This document shows positions 31,642 through 40,933 of a stretch of DNA of 64,000 nucleotides, piece after piece; positions within the stretch are counted from its first letter, which is position 1; each line of letters starts with the position of its first letter. The notes below the pieces were generated by a model that was not told where the DNA came from, ran no database searches, and saw only the letters and a program-made list of their open reading frames with translations. The stretch spans positions 1 through 64,000 of the forward strand of contig CBDCXM010000002.1 of NCBI GenBank assembly GCA_965223855.1, in the 5' to 3' direction. Source of the DNA: Candidatus Multivoradales bacterium. Its GTDB lineage: Bacteria > Acidobacteriota > Thermoanaerobaculia > Multivoradales > JAHEKO01. The position numbers and the translations under genes were made by a program.

Positions 31642-33018
31642 ATGCTCGGCGAATCGATGATCTGGTGGGCTCTCGCCGCCCTCCTGGTGGTGCTGGTCGT
31701 CGCGCCGTACTGGATCGCCTTCGAAAGGCGCTCCCGTTCGGCACGGGAGCGGCGGGCGGAAGCGGTCGAGCTCGGGATCGACCGACCGACGGCACAGTAC
31801 CCGTTTATCGACGCCCTCCAGTGCATCGGCTGCGGCGCCTGCGTCGACGCCTGCCCGGAGGGCGATCCGCTGGGGGTGGTCGCCGGCACCGCCGTCGTGA
31901 TCAACGGCCTGCGCTGCGTCGGCCACGGCGAGTGCGCCACGGCGTGTCCTGTCGGCGCGATCGAGATCGGTCTCGGCGACCTCGAGGGCCGCAAGGACAT
32001 CCCTCGGCTGAGCCCGAACCAGGAGACGAGCGTTCCGGGGATCTACATCGCCGGCGAGCTCGGCGGGTTGGCGCTGGTCCGCAACGCCTGCCGTCAGGGG
32101 CGCGACGCCGTGCGGTCGATCGCCGCCGCTCGGGTCGCCGGGCCGCGTTCCTCCGAGGTTCTCGACCTGGTGATCGTCGGTGCAGGGCCGTCGGGCCTGA
32201 GTGCCGCCCTCGAGGCGGAGTCTCTCGGCCTCAGGTACCGGCTGCTCGAGCGTGAGGCGAACCTGGGCGGCACCCTGCTGCACTACCCCCGGCGCAAGAT
32301 GGTGCTCACGCAGACGGTCGATCTCGGGGAGTGGGGGAGCCTCGACGGCGTCGAGTACTCGAAGGAAGACCTTCTCGACTTCTTCCAGGGAATGATCGAC
32401 CGGGCGGAGGTGGCGGTCGAGTTCAGCAGCCCGGTCGATCGGATCGAACGCCAGGGGGCCAACTTCGAAATCGCTTCGGGCGAGCGCTCCTGGCGGTCGG
32501 AGGCGGTCCTCCTGTGCCTCGGCAGGCGCGGCACGCCTCGCAAGCTCGGAGTTCCGGGCGAGGAGCGCTCGAAGGTGATGTACCGCCTCATCGACGCCGC
32601 CTCGTACCAGGGGGAGCGGATCCTCATCGTCGGTGGCGGAGACAGCGCGGTCGAGGCGGCTCTCGGCCTCGCGGAGGCCGGCGGCAACACAGTGACCCTC
32701 TCCTACCGCAAGCCGAAGCTCTTCAGGATCAAGAAGAAGAACCAGGACCGTATCGACCGTGCGATCGCCGACGGATCGGTGCGCGCGGTATTCGACTCGA
32801 ATGTCGAGAGCATCGGCGAGACGACGGTCACCCTCGCCACGCAGGAGGGCTCGGAGACGATCGACAACGACTTCGTCTTCGTCTTCGCCGGAGGCATCCC
32901 GCCGTTCGGCTTCCTCAAGGAGATCGGTGTGAGGTTCGGTGGCGAGTCGATGACCGACCGCTCGATCGCCCCGACCCCGGCCTCGAATTCGTCTTCGGCA
33001 GGTGAGGGGGCGTCCTGA
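31642..33018 (+). CDS. Membrane-anchored 4Fe-4S dicluster / TrxR-like FAD-NAD(P)H oxidoreductase
   Basis: N-terminal TM; CIGCGACVDACP and CVGHGECATACP; GAGPSG and GGGDSAVE dinucleotide motifs. Confidence 0.9.
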   Translation: MLGESMIWWALAALLVVLVVAPYWIAFERRSRSARERRAEAVELGIDRPTAQYPFIDALQCIGCGACVDACPEGDPLGVVAGTAVVINGLRCVGHGECATACPVGAIEIGLGDLEGRKDIPRLSPNQETSVPGIYIAGELGGLALVRNACRQGRDAVRSIAAARVAGPRSSEVLDLVIVGAGPSGLSAALEAESLGLRYRLLEREANLGGTLLHYPRRKMVLTQTVDLGEWGSLDGVEYSKEDLLDFFQGMIDRAEVAVEFSSPVDRIERQGANFEIASGERSWRSEAVLLCLGRRGTPRKLGVPGEERSKVMYRLIDAASYQGERILIVGGGDSAVEAALGLAEAGGNTVTLSYRKPKLFRIKKKNQDRIDRAIADGSVRAVFDSNVESIGETTVTLATQEGSETIDNDFVFVFAGGIPPFGFLKEIGVRFGGESMTDRSIAPTPASNSSSAGEGAS

Positions 33019-33080
33019 TGGGGTGGAGCGGCATGGACAGGACCGGAGCGGGTCGCCATGGAGCGGCGAGAGAGAGGGGG

Positions 33081-33719
33081 ATGGGGCGACTCGCCTTCGT
33101 CCTCGGGCTCGTGTTCGGCGTCGCCGCTCTCGCCTTCGGATGGTGGCTTGCAGGGCGCGAGGCGGCTACGCGGGACGTGACGAACGAAGTCCCGGTGAGC
33201 GCACGTCACCCGGCGGTCGGGACGACTTCGCCCGCAACCCCGGGAGGTGGCGGAGTCGGCCGGGGCGTCGATCCGGCGACGCGGCAGCGGGAGGCGGAAC
33301 GTGCCCACCGGGCCGCCGGTCTGTCCGCCGACGCGCGGCGGCAGATCGAGGCGTGGCGCGCCGCGGGTGGCGGCGACGCCGCTCCCGTGGAACTGGCTCT
33401 TTCGCTGCTGGAGGACGAGAACTACTACCAGGCGTTCGAGATCGCGAACTCGATTCTCGCCGAGGATCCCGAGCACGTCGACGCCCGGTACGTCGTCGCC
33501 GCCGTGCGGGTGCGCATGGGGCAGCCGAGTCAGGCGTTGCCGCTCCTCGATGCGGTCCTCGAGGCGGCCCCCGACCATCTGGAGGCCGGCATCATGCGCG
33601 GCAAGGCGCTGCGCAAGGCGGGCCACGAGGATCTCGCCGCTGCGCAATGGCGCTCCGCTCTGCTCCTCGCCGGTGGGAGTCACCCCGAGATCGAGGCGCT
33701 CCTGCGCGGCGAGCTGTAG
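33081..33719 (+). CDS. Membrane-anchored tetratricopeptide repeat protein
   Basis: N-terminal TM; TPR-like helices (ILAEDPEHVDA, VLEAAPDHLEA); purine-rich RBS before ATG 33081. Confidence 0.7.
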   Translation: MGRLAFVLGLVFGVAALAFGWWLAGREAATRDVTNEVPVSARHPAVGTTSPATPGGGGVGRGVDPATRQREAERAHRAAGLSADARRQIEAWRAAGGGDAAPVELALSLLEDENYYQAFEIANSILAEDPEHVDARYVVAAVRVRMGQPSQALPLLDAVLEAAPDHLEAGIMRGKALRKAGHEDLAAAQWRSALLLAGGSHPEIEALLRGEL

Positions 33720-33743
33720 CTCCCAGGGTTCTTCAGCAAGCCC

Positions 33744-34424
33744 CTAGTCCGCGGCTTCCGCCGTGAGGCGGTAGCCGACCCCCTTGACGGTCTCGATCGT
33801 CGCCTCTCCGCGTCCGGCCTCGAGCTTCTTTCGGAGCCTGTGCACGGTGACGTCGATCACGTTGCTCAGCGGGTCGAACGAGTCGTCCCAGACGTGCTCG
33901 GCGATCGCCGCTCGCGACAACGCCGAGTCGGGATGGTGAAGGAAGTACTCGAGCAGGGCGAACTCCTTCGGTGAGAGCTCGAGCGGTGCGTCGAGGACCG
34001 TCACCCGGTGGGCCGCACGATCCATCACGATCCCGCCGACCTCGAGCTTGTGCGCCAGCTCGCGCGGTCGACGGCGGATGAGGCTGCGCACCCGGGCCAG
34101 CAGCTCCTCGATCGAGAACGGCTTGGTGAGGTAGTCGTCGGCTCCGCTGTCGAGGCCGTCGACACGGTCGGCGACCTCGGACCTACCCGTGAGCATCAGG
34201 ACCGGGGTCTGGATCTCGGCGTCGCGCCAGTTTCGCAGGAGCTCCAGCCCGGAGCCTCCCGGCAGCCCCCAGTCGAGGACGATGAGGTCGTAGTCGTTGA
34301 CGCTCGCCAGTTCGTCCGCCCGATCGACTTCGGCTGCCAGATCGACGGCATAGCTCGCCGCCTCGAGCGCCTCGCCGACGGCGGCGGCGATGATCGCCTC
34401 GTCCTCGACGACCAGCACCCTCAT
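33744..34424 (-). CDS. OmpR-family response regulator (CusR/CzcR-like)
   Basis: VEDE, LDWGLPG, GADDYLTKPF, NVIDVTVHRLRKK and TVKGVGY motifs. Confidence 0.95.
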   Translation of the reverse strand: MRVLVVEDEAIIAAAVGEALEAASYAVDLAAEVDRADELASVNDYDLIVLDWGLPGGSGLELLRNWRDAEIQTPVLMLTGRSEVADRVDGLDSGADDYLTKPFSIEELLARVRSLIRRRPRELAHKLEVGGIVMDRAAHRVTVLDAPLELSPKEFALLEYFLHHPDSALSRAAIAEHVWDDSFDPLSNVIDVTVHRLRKKLEAGRGEATIETVKGVGYRLTAEAAD

Positions 34425-36211
34425 CGCGGCCCTCGAGCCTCCGGCCGCGGGGCCAGAACTCTTGCGATCGCGCTTTCGAGCGCGTCGGCGGAGTAGGGCT
34501 TCGGCAGGAAGTTGATCGCCGATTCGTCGATGCCGCTGCGCAGGATCACGCTGTCAGTGTAGCCGGAGGCGAAGAGCACCGGCATCGAGGGAGAGATCTC
34601 GCGCACCCGATCGGCGAGTTCCCTGCCGTTGAGGCCTGGAAGGATCACGTCCGTCAACAACAGATCGAAGCGGCCGGAAGATTTCTCGAAGATGCTCAGG
34701 GCACTGCCGCCGTCGGCGGCCGCCTCGACCTCGTAGCCCATCGTTTCGAGCAGCTCGCGAGTCGATCCGCGAAGGGTCTCGTTGTCCTCGACGAGCAGGA
34801 TCGTACCCTCGTGCACCAGCGGCACCGCGGTCGCGTCCACTTCCTCGGCGGTGGTCGGGGCCACGGTGGAGCGCGGCACCAGCAGCTCGAACGTCGCTCC
34901 CTCGGCGCCTTCGACCAGTCGGACGGTGCCGCCGTGCTGGCGGGCGACCGCGTAGACCGTCGAGAGCCCGAGACCGCTGTGCCGGCTCTTGCCGCGAGTG
35001 GTGAAGAACGGCTCGAAGATCTTGTCGGCGACTTCGGCGGAGACGCCTTCTCCCGTGTCCGAGACCCGCAGTCGGACGAAGTCGCCGGCGGGAGCGCCGT
35101 CGACCGAGCTGTCGCCGGCGTTCCGCGTCTCGATCCGGATGCGACCCCCGTCGGCCATCGCGTCTCGGGCGTTGACGATCAGATTGACCAGCGCCTGCTC
35201 GATCTGGCTGACCGAGACCTCCACCGGCCAGATGCCGGGCTCCAGATCGAGCTCCATGTCGATGGTCTCGCCCACCAGCCGGTGGCTCATCTCCGAGATG
35301 CCGTGGACGATCCGGTTGAGGTCGACGACCTGCTCGACCTCCGCCTTGCCCCGGCTGAAGGCGAGCAACCGGTCGAGGAGGCTCGAGGCGCGCTTGCAGG
35401 TATCGAGGACGAGGGTCATCTTCCCGGCGAGAACCTCGTCCTCACTTTTCATCCGCACGACCTCACACTGGGCGCTGATCGCCGCGAGATAGTTGTTGAT
35501 GTCGTGCGCGAGGCCGCCGGCAAGGCTGCCGACCGCCTCCATCTTCTGAGCCTGGAGGAGCGCCGCCTCGCTGGCACGCAGTGCCGCCTCGGCCTCCTCG
35601 CGGCGTCGCTCGAATCTCCAGATCGCCGCGATCGACAGCGCGAGCAACCCGATCCACGCCAGCAGGGTGGCGGTGAAGAGGGTACGGGAGCGCTGGTGCG
35701 CCGCGTCGAGCCGCGAGAGGACGAGGTCGTCGAGGACGCGCAGTTCGTTGAGCAGAGCGTAGAAGACGCCGTCGTAGCGCACATCGATGGCGGAACCGAC
35801 ACCCACCGGTTCGCCACGGTCGAATCCGTCCAGCCGCTCCCGGGAAAGGCCCACGAACTCGTCGACCAGGGGGCGCACTCGAGCCAGTACGCCGATCGCC
35901 TCTTCATCTCCCGCGAGCGAAAAGGCGGCGCCCCCCTCTCCCTCGTCGCTCAACGCGGTCAGGATCTCGCGCGAGCGCTGCTTGTGGGTCGCGACTTCGT
36001 CGAGGTCCACGGTGTCGCCCGACACGTACTCTTCGACCCAGAGATGGAGGGTGGCGAGTCGGGTCCGCACCTCGGCGACCTGGCGGGCTGCCTCGGCATG
36101 GCGCACCACCACGCGCTCCCGCAACGAGTTGTTGACGGCGAGGAGCGCGACGCCGAGCAGTCCGAAGGCGGCCAGAAGTCCCGGCGTCCGGAAGCGGGAC
36201 AGCGGCTTCAC
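34421..36211 (-). CDS. Hybrid sensor histidine kinase with receiver domain
   Basis: Two TM helices around a helical periplasmic domain; QKMEAVGSLAGGLAHDINN, NARDAM, DTGEG, GLGLS and a REC domain; GTG start uncertain (36211-36223). Confidence 0.9.
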   Translation of the reverse strand: MKPLSRFRTPGLLAAFGLLGVALLAVNNSLRERVVVRHAEAARQVAEVRTRLATLHLWVEEYVSGDTVDLDEVATHKQRSREILTALSDEGEGGAAFSLAGDEEAIGVLARVRPLVDEFVGLSRERLDGFDRGEPVGVGSAIDVRYDGVFYALLNELRVLDDLVLSRLDAAHQRSRTLFTATLLAWIGLLALSIAAIWRFERRREEAEAALRASEAALLQAQKMEAVGSLAGGLAHDINNYLAAISAQCEVVRMKSEDEVLAGKMTLVLDTCKRASSLLDRLLAFSRGKAEVEQVVDLNRIVHGISEMSHRLVGETIDMELDLEPGIWPVEVSVSQIEQALVNLIVNARDAMADGGRIRIETRNAGDSSVDGAPAGDFVRLRVSDTGEGVSAEVADKIFEPFFTTRGKSRHSGLGLSTVYAVARQHGGTVRLVEGAEGATFELLVPRSTVAPTTAEEVDATAVPLVHEGTILLVEDNETLRGSTRELLETMGYEVEAAADGGSALSIFEKSSGRFDLLLTDVILPGLNGRELADRVREISPSMPVLFASGYTDSVILRSGIDESAINFLPKPYSADALESAIARVLAPRPEARGPR

Positions 36212-36334
36212 GAGCTGCACCACGGGAACAGAGAGGCCGCCGCGATGGCGCCGGGCTTGCACACGGTCGGTCGCATGAGAGCGCAAAGTCGATTCGAGAA
36301 CACGGAACCTGCAACAGGCTACCGGGTGCGACCG

Positions 36335-37330
36335 GTGGCGACAAGTTCGCTGCTGGGCGGCGCGGCACTCTCGATGGTCCTGGCGCTCGGGGGAATCGGG
36401 GCGCGTGCCGAAGCGGCCGACCCGGTGCCGGATCGGCTCCTGTGGCAGGAAGCGCAGAGAATGGCGATCGATCTGACGCCTGCGATCTGGCCCGGCTGGG
36501 AGGTCCCTCTGGAGACCCTGATCGTCGGAGCCGACAACGAGTACCTCGTCGCCAGTAGGCGTCGACCCGACGGCTTCGAGCCGATCGGCATCGAGGGCGG
36601 AGAGATCGCCCACGTCCGCGAGAGGGTCTTTCCTCGCGGTATGGAGGCGACGATGGCCCTCTTCGGTCCGCCGGCGACGATCGTCATCGGAACGTCGGAG
36701 GGGACGGGCCGAGAGCCGACGAGCTGGTTGCTGACCCTGCTGCACGAGCACTTCCACCAGTGGCAGATGCGCGACGGCGCGTACTTCGCCGCCGTCGAGG
36801 CGCTCGAGCTTTCGGGCGGCGACACCTCGGGGATGTGGATGCTCGAGTACCCCTTCCCTTACGGGGATCCGGAGGTGTCGAGCGCCTACGACGAGCTCTC
36901 CCGGACTCTGGCGGGCCTGGTCGATGACTCGGGGCCGGCGCCAGCCGAGCGGGTTCGCGAGTTTCTCGACGGCTACGCCGACTGGCTCGGGTCGCTCGAT
37001 GCGGCGGATCGTCGCTACGTCCGCTTCCAGCTCTGGCAGGAGGGGGTGGCTCGCTACGTCGAGCTGGCTCTGGCGCGGGAGGCGGCCGCGCGGCGGCAGC
37101 CGTCGCCGGAGGTCGCGGTACTCGACGGTTTCGAAGACTTCGCCGGTGCGGCCAGTCGCCTCGAGCAGCGGCTGTTCGAAGAGCTCGAGACTGCCGATCT
37201 GGCGGAGCATCGCAGGGGGGCCTTCTACGCCTTCGGCGCCGGGCTGGCGTTGCTGCTCGATCGGACCGAACCGCGATGGAAAGAGCGCTACGAGGAGAGT
37301 CGCTTCCGTCTCTATCCGAGCCTTCCGTGA
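36335..37330 (+). CDS. Secreted protein with gluzincin-like metallopeptidase motifs
   Basis: Signal-like N-terminus; LLHEHFHQWQ (HExxH) and downstream EGVARYVE; start uncertain (36275/36335/36374). Confidence 0.65.
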   Translation: MATSSLLGGAALSMVLALGGIGARAEAADPVPDRLLWQEAQRMAIDLTPAIWPGWEVPLETLIVGADNEYLVASRRRPDGFEPIGIEGGEIAHVRERVFPRGMEATMALFGPPATIVIGTSEGTGREPTSWLLTLLHEHFHQWQMRDGAYFAAVEALELSGGDTSGMWMLEYPFPYGDPEVSSAYDELSRTLAGLVDDSGPAPAERVREFLDGYADWLGSLDAADRRYVRFQLWQEGVARYVELALAREAAARRQPSPEVAVLDGFEDFAGAASRLEQRLFEELETADLAEHRRGAFYAFGAGLALLLDRTEPRWKERYEESRFRLYPSLP

Positions 37331-37428
37331 GGGGCCGCGATGAGGGCGTTTGACTCTCCGCGAGGGCGCTGCTCTACTGCCTGAAGGCGCGCCGTGCCGC
37401 CCCGGTCCTGCGAAGAGCCGGGCTCTCG

Positions 37429-38940
37429 GTGCGGAAGGAAACAGCAGAGTCGAGCCCAGCCGTGCCGCCCACGACCGAACTCATCGCTTCCCTCACCGCG
37501 GTCCCAGACGGGAAGGTGTTGCAGCGCCTCTCCGATCAGGTCGATTGGCTGGAGGTGCGTGCCGACCTGGTGGAGGGGATCGATCCGGCGTGGCTGCGGC
37601 AGAGCTTCCAGGGGCGCCTTCTCTACACCTATCGCAGCCGCGTGGATGGCGGCGAGGGCGCGGTGGGAGGCGAAGAGCGCCGGCGGCGGTTGGTCAGCGC
37701 CGTCGAGTCGTACGACCTCGTCGATCTCGAACTGCGGGATCTCGAGCCGGCGACTCTCGGTGCGATCCCTGCGGCGAAGCGTCTCATCTCCTGGCATGGC
37801 TCGGCCGATAGTGTCGAGGAGCTCGGCGGCCACCTGGAAAGGCTGCGCGAGCATCAGGCTCACTGGTACAAGCTGGTGCCGTGGGTCGACAACAGCGGTC
37901 CGGACCGCTGGCCGCTCATCCTGCTCAAGCAGCGAGGGCGCGGCGATCTCATCTCGTTCGCGGCCGGCACCGGAGCCACCTGGACCCGACTGCTGTCGGC
38001 ACACCTCGGGGCTCCAGCGATGTTCGTGGCCGCGGGGGAGGAGCTGGCGGCTCCCGGTCAGCTTCCGGTCGATCGGCTGATCCGGGAGTACGGCTGGCCG
38101 CTGCCCGAAAGGCTGACGGCGCTCTTCGGCGTCGTCGGCAATCCCGTCGGGCAGAGCCTTTCGCCCTGCATTCACAATCGGGCACTGCGCCGGGAGGGTC
38201 TGCCGGGCCTGTACCTGCCGTTTCATGTCGAGCACTTCGGAGACTTCTGGCTCGAGGTGGTCGAGGAGGGTGGATTCAGCGAAGCGGGCTGCGTCCTGCG
38301 GGGCCTCAGCATCACTGCGCCGGCAAAGAAGATCGCGATGGCGGTTGCGGGAGCCACCAGCCCGCTGGCGGAACGCATTGCGAGCGCCAACACGATGCTC
38401 TTCCGCGACGGAGTCTGGGAGGCCGATTCCACCGATCCGGAGGGGGTGCTCGGTCCGCTGCGTCGCCGCCGGATCGGGGTGCGCGACCGCGCCTGTGCGG
38501 TGCTGGGTGCAGGTGGTGCCGGGCGGGCAGCGGCCTTTGCTCTCTCGGAGGTCGGCGGCCGGGTCACGATCTTCAACCGTGGGGAGGGTCGCGGTCGCAG
38601 GGCCGCGGAGCTACTGAAGCTCCCCTGGGCTCTCTACGACGAGTTCGATCCGGCTGACTTCGACGTCGTCGTGCAGGCGACTTCGCTGGGTCGAAGCGAT
38701 GCCGATCCGTTGCCGTCCGACCCGACTCGCCTGCCCGAGGGTGCCGTCGGGATCGACCTCGTCTACCGGCGCGGCCGACCGACTCCGTGGGTTCACGCCC
38801 TCCGGGAGTGCGGGCATACGGCGATCGATGGCCGTGAGGTCCTGCTGCACCAGGCGGTGCCCCAGTTTGCGGCGATGACCGGTCGCGAGATGCCCTCGGA
38901 GCTGGTGGCCGAGCTGCTCGAAGAGATGAACTCGCTGTGA
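37429..38940 (+). CDS. Bifunctional type I 3-dehydroquinate dehydratase / shikimate dehydrogenase (AroD-AroE fusion)
   Basis: LEVRAD, TYRS..DGG, ISWH and YKLV (DHQase I); SLSP, ITAPAK, ANT, TD, GAGGAGRA and DGREVLLHQA (SDH). Confidence 0.85.
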   Translation: MRKETAESSPAVPPTTELIASLTAVPDGKVLQRLSDQVDWLEVRADLVEGIDPAWLRQSFQGRLLYTYRSRVDGGEGAVGGEERRRRLVSAVESYDLVDLELRDLEPATLGAIPAAKRLISWHGSADSVEELGGHLERLREHQAHWYKLVPWVDNSGPDRWPLILLKQRGRGDLISFAAGTGATWTRLLSAHLGAPAMFVAAGEELAAPGQLPVDRLIREYGWPLPERLTALFGVVGNPVGQSLSPCIHNRALRREGLPGLYLPFHVEHFGDFWLEVVEEGGFSEAGCVLRGLSITAPAKKIAMAVAGATSPLAERIASANTMLFRDGVWEADSTDPEGVLGPLRRRRIGVRDRACAVLGAGGAGRAAAFALSEVGGRVTIFNRGEGRGRRAAELLKLPWALYDEFDPADFDVVVQATSLGRSDADPLPSDPTRLPEGAVGIDLVYRRGRPTPWVHALRECGHTAIDGREVLLHQAVPQFAAMTGREMPSELVAELLEEMNSL

Positions 38941-40364
38941 AGCGGCGTCGGGCGACGCCCCGCGTCCGGGAGTTCGTGGCCGACGGTCTCACCCCGCTCG
39001 CCGCCTACGGCCGCCTGGCCGCGGATCAGCCGCGCTTCCTGTTCGAGAGCGTGACCGGAGGCGAGCAGGTGTCGCGCTACAGCTTCCTCGGCGTCGCGAC
39101 CGGCCCGGTCGTTCGAGTCTCCAGCGAGGGGATCGAGATCTCGCAGAACGGTGAGACCGAGTTTCACGAGGGAGACACGTTGGCTCACCTGCGTCGGCAA
39201 CTCGGCTCGGTCGTGGCCGAGCCCGGGTCGATCCCGTTCCTGGGCGGCTATGTCGGTTACTTCGGCTACGACATGGTGCGCCTCGCCGAGCCGAGCCTCG
39301 GTGCCCCACCTTCCGACGACTTCGGGTTGCCGCTCGCCGTTCTGGCGAGGGTCGACTCTCTGCTCGTCTTCGATCACGCCCGGCAACGCCTTCTCGCGGT
39401 CGCGAACGAGATCGAAGGGGAGGTCGATGCGGCGAGTGCGGGGCGTCGGCTCGACGATCTGACCCGGCTGCTCGAGCGGCCCGTGTCGGCGCGTGCCTCG
39501 CGCCTGCCGGAGGCTCCCGCGATCGAGACGCTCCCCGAGGCGAGCCTGTCGCGTTCCGACTACCGATCGGGCGTCGGCGAGATTCAGGAGGCGATCGCGG
39601 CGGGGGAGATCTTCCAGGCGGTGCTCGCCCGGCGCTTCGATCTCGGGAAGGCCGAAGACCCGGTTCGTCTCTACCGGGCGCTGCGAGTCGTCAATCCGAG
39701 CCCCTACATGGTGCTGCTCGAGCTGCCCGAGCTCGCTCTGGTCGGGGCGAGCCCCGAGGCTCTGGTGCGCAAGAGCGGAAGTCGGATCGAGACCCGTCCG
39801 ATCGCCGGAACGAGGCCGCGCGGTGCGACGCCCGAGCAGGACGAGGCTCTGGCCCTTGAACTGTTGGCCGACCGCAAGGAGAGGGCCGAGCACGTGATGC
39901 TCGTCGATCTGGGTCGCAACGACCTCGGGCGGGTCGCCGTGCCCGGAAGTGTCGAAGTGCGGGGTCTCATGGAGGTCGAGCGCTACAGCCACGTCATGCA
40001 TCTGTGCACCAGCGTGGTGGGGGAGCTGTCGGCGGAACACGACGCTCTCGACCTCCTCCTGGCCTGCTTTCCCGCGGGCACGGTCTCGGGCGCACCCAAG
40101 CTGAGGGCGATCGAGATTCTGGATCGACTCGAGCCCGAAGCTCGCGGCCCGTACGCAGGAGCGATCGGCTATCTCTCCTTCGCCGGCGACCTCGATGCCT
40201 GCATTACGATTCGCACGCTGGTGTCGCATCGTGGCCGGCTGTCGGTGACGGCAGGGGCGGGCATCGTCGCCGACTCTGTTGCCGAGAGCGAGGTCGCAGA
40301 GACCGAGAGCAAGGCCGCCGCCCTCCTGGCCGCCGTCCGGACGGCGCGAAGGTTCCCGACATGA
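38937..40364 (+). CDS. trpE: Anthranilate synthase component I
   Basis: FESV..RYSF, NPSPYM, GASPE, PIAGTRPRG, KERAEHVMLVDLGRND and PAGTVSGAPK motifs. Confidence 0.95.
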   Translation: MKRRRATPRVREFVADGLTPLAAYGRLAADQPRFLFESVTGGEQVSRYSFLGVATGPVVRVSSEGIEISQNGETEFHEGDTLAHLRRQLGSVVAEPGSIPFLGGYVGYFGYDMVRLAEPSLGAPPSDDFGLPLAVLARVDSLLVFDHARQRLLAVANEIEGEVDAASAGRRLDDLTRLLERPVSARASRLPEAPAIETLPEASLSRSDYRSGVGEIQEAIAAGEIFQAVLARRFDLGKAEDPVRLYRALRVVNPSPYMVLLELPELALVGASPEALVRKSGSRIETRPIAGTRPRGATPEQDEALALELLADRKERAEHVMLVDLGRNDLGRVAVPGSVEVRGLMEVERYSHVMHLCTSVVGELSAEHDALDLLLACFPAGTVSGAPKLRAIEILDRLEPEARGPYAGAIGYLSFAGDLDACITIRTLVSHRGRLSVTAGAGIVADSVAESEVAETESKAAALLAAVRTARRFPT

Positions 40365-40933
40365 TCCTGATGATCGACAACTACGACTCCTTCACCTACA
40401 ACCTGGTGCAGGAGTTCCTCAAGGCCGGGGCCGCCGTCGAGGTTGTGCGCAACGACGAGGCCTCGGTCGCCGAGCTACTGGCGCTGGAGCCCGCCGGCAT
40501 CGTGCTGTCGCCCGGTCCCGGCCGCCCGGAGGACGCCGGGATCTGTCTCGAGTTGATTCATGCGCGGCCTCGCGGGCCGCTGCTGGGAGTGTGCCTAGGT
40601 CATCAGGCGCTCGGCGAGGCGTTCGGTGGTCGCGTGGAACAGGCGCCTCAGCTCGTACACGGCAAGACCTCGAGGGTGCTTCATGAGGGGGAGGGGATCT
40701 TCCGTGGCCTGGAGGTGCCCTTCGAGGCGACCCGGTACCACAGCCTCACGGTGGCACCGGAGTCGCTGCCGGCCCAGCTCGAACCGCTGGCGTGGACCGA
40801 AGAGCGCGTGCTGATGGGGATGCGGCATCGGAGCCTCCCGTACTGGGGCGTGCAGTTCCACCCCGAGTCGGTGCTGACTCTGGAGGGTCCGAAGCTTCTG
40901 CACAACTTCCTCGAGGAGTGCCGCGGTGGGTGA
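40361..40933 (+). CDS. trpG: Anthranilate synthase component II (glutamine amidotransferase)
   Basis: IDNYDSFTYNL, SPGPG, GVCLGHQ, RYHSL and QFHPES motifs. Confidence 0.95.
   Translation: MILMIDNYDSFTYNLVQEFLKAGAAVEVVRNDEASVAELLALEPAGIVLSPGPGRPEDAGICLELIHARPRGPLLGVCLGHQALGEAFGGRVEQAPQLVHGKTSRVLHEGEGIFRGLEVPFEATRYHSLTVAPESLPAQLEPLAWTEERVLMGMRHRSLPYWGVQFHPESVLTLEGPKLLHNFLEECRGG

Noticed and set aside
34811-37210. 929-aa and 839-aa overlapping ORFs from the track
   Set aside because: Each is a real gene extended upstream through the antisense strand of its divergent neighbour; the starts were trimmed
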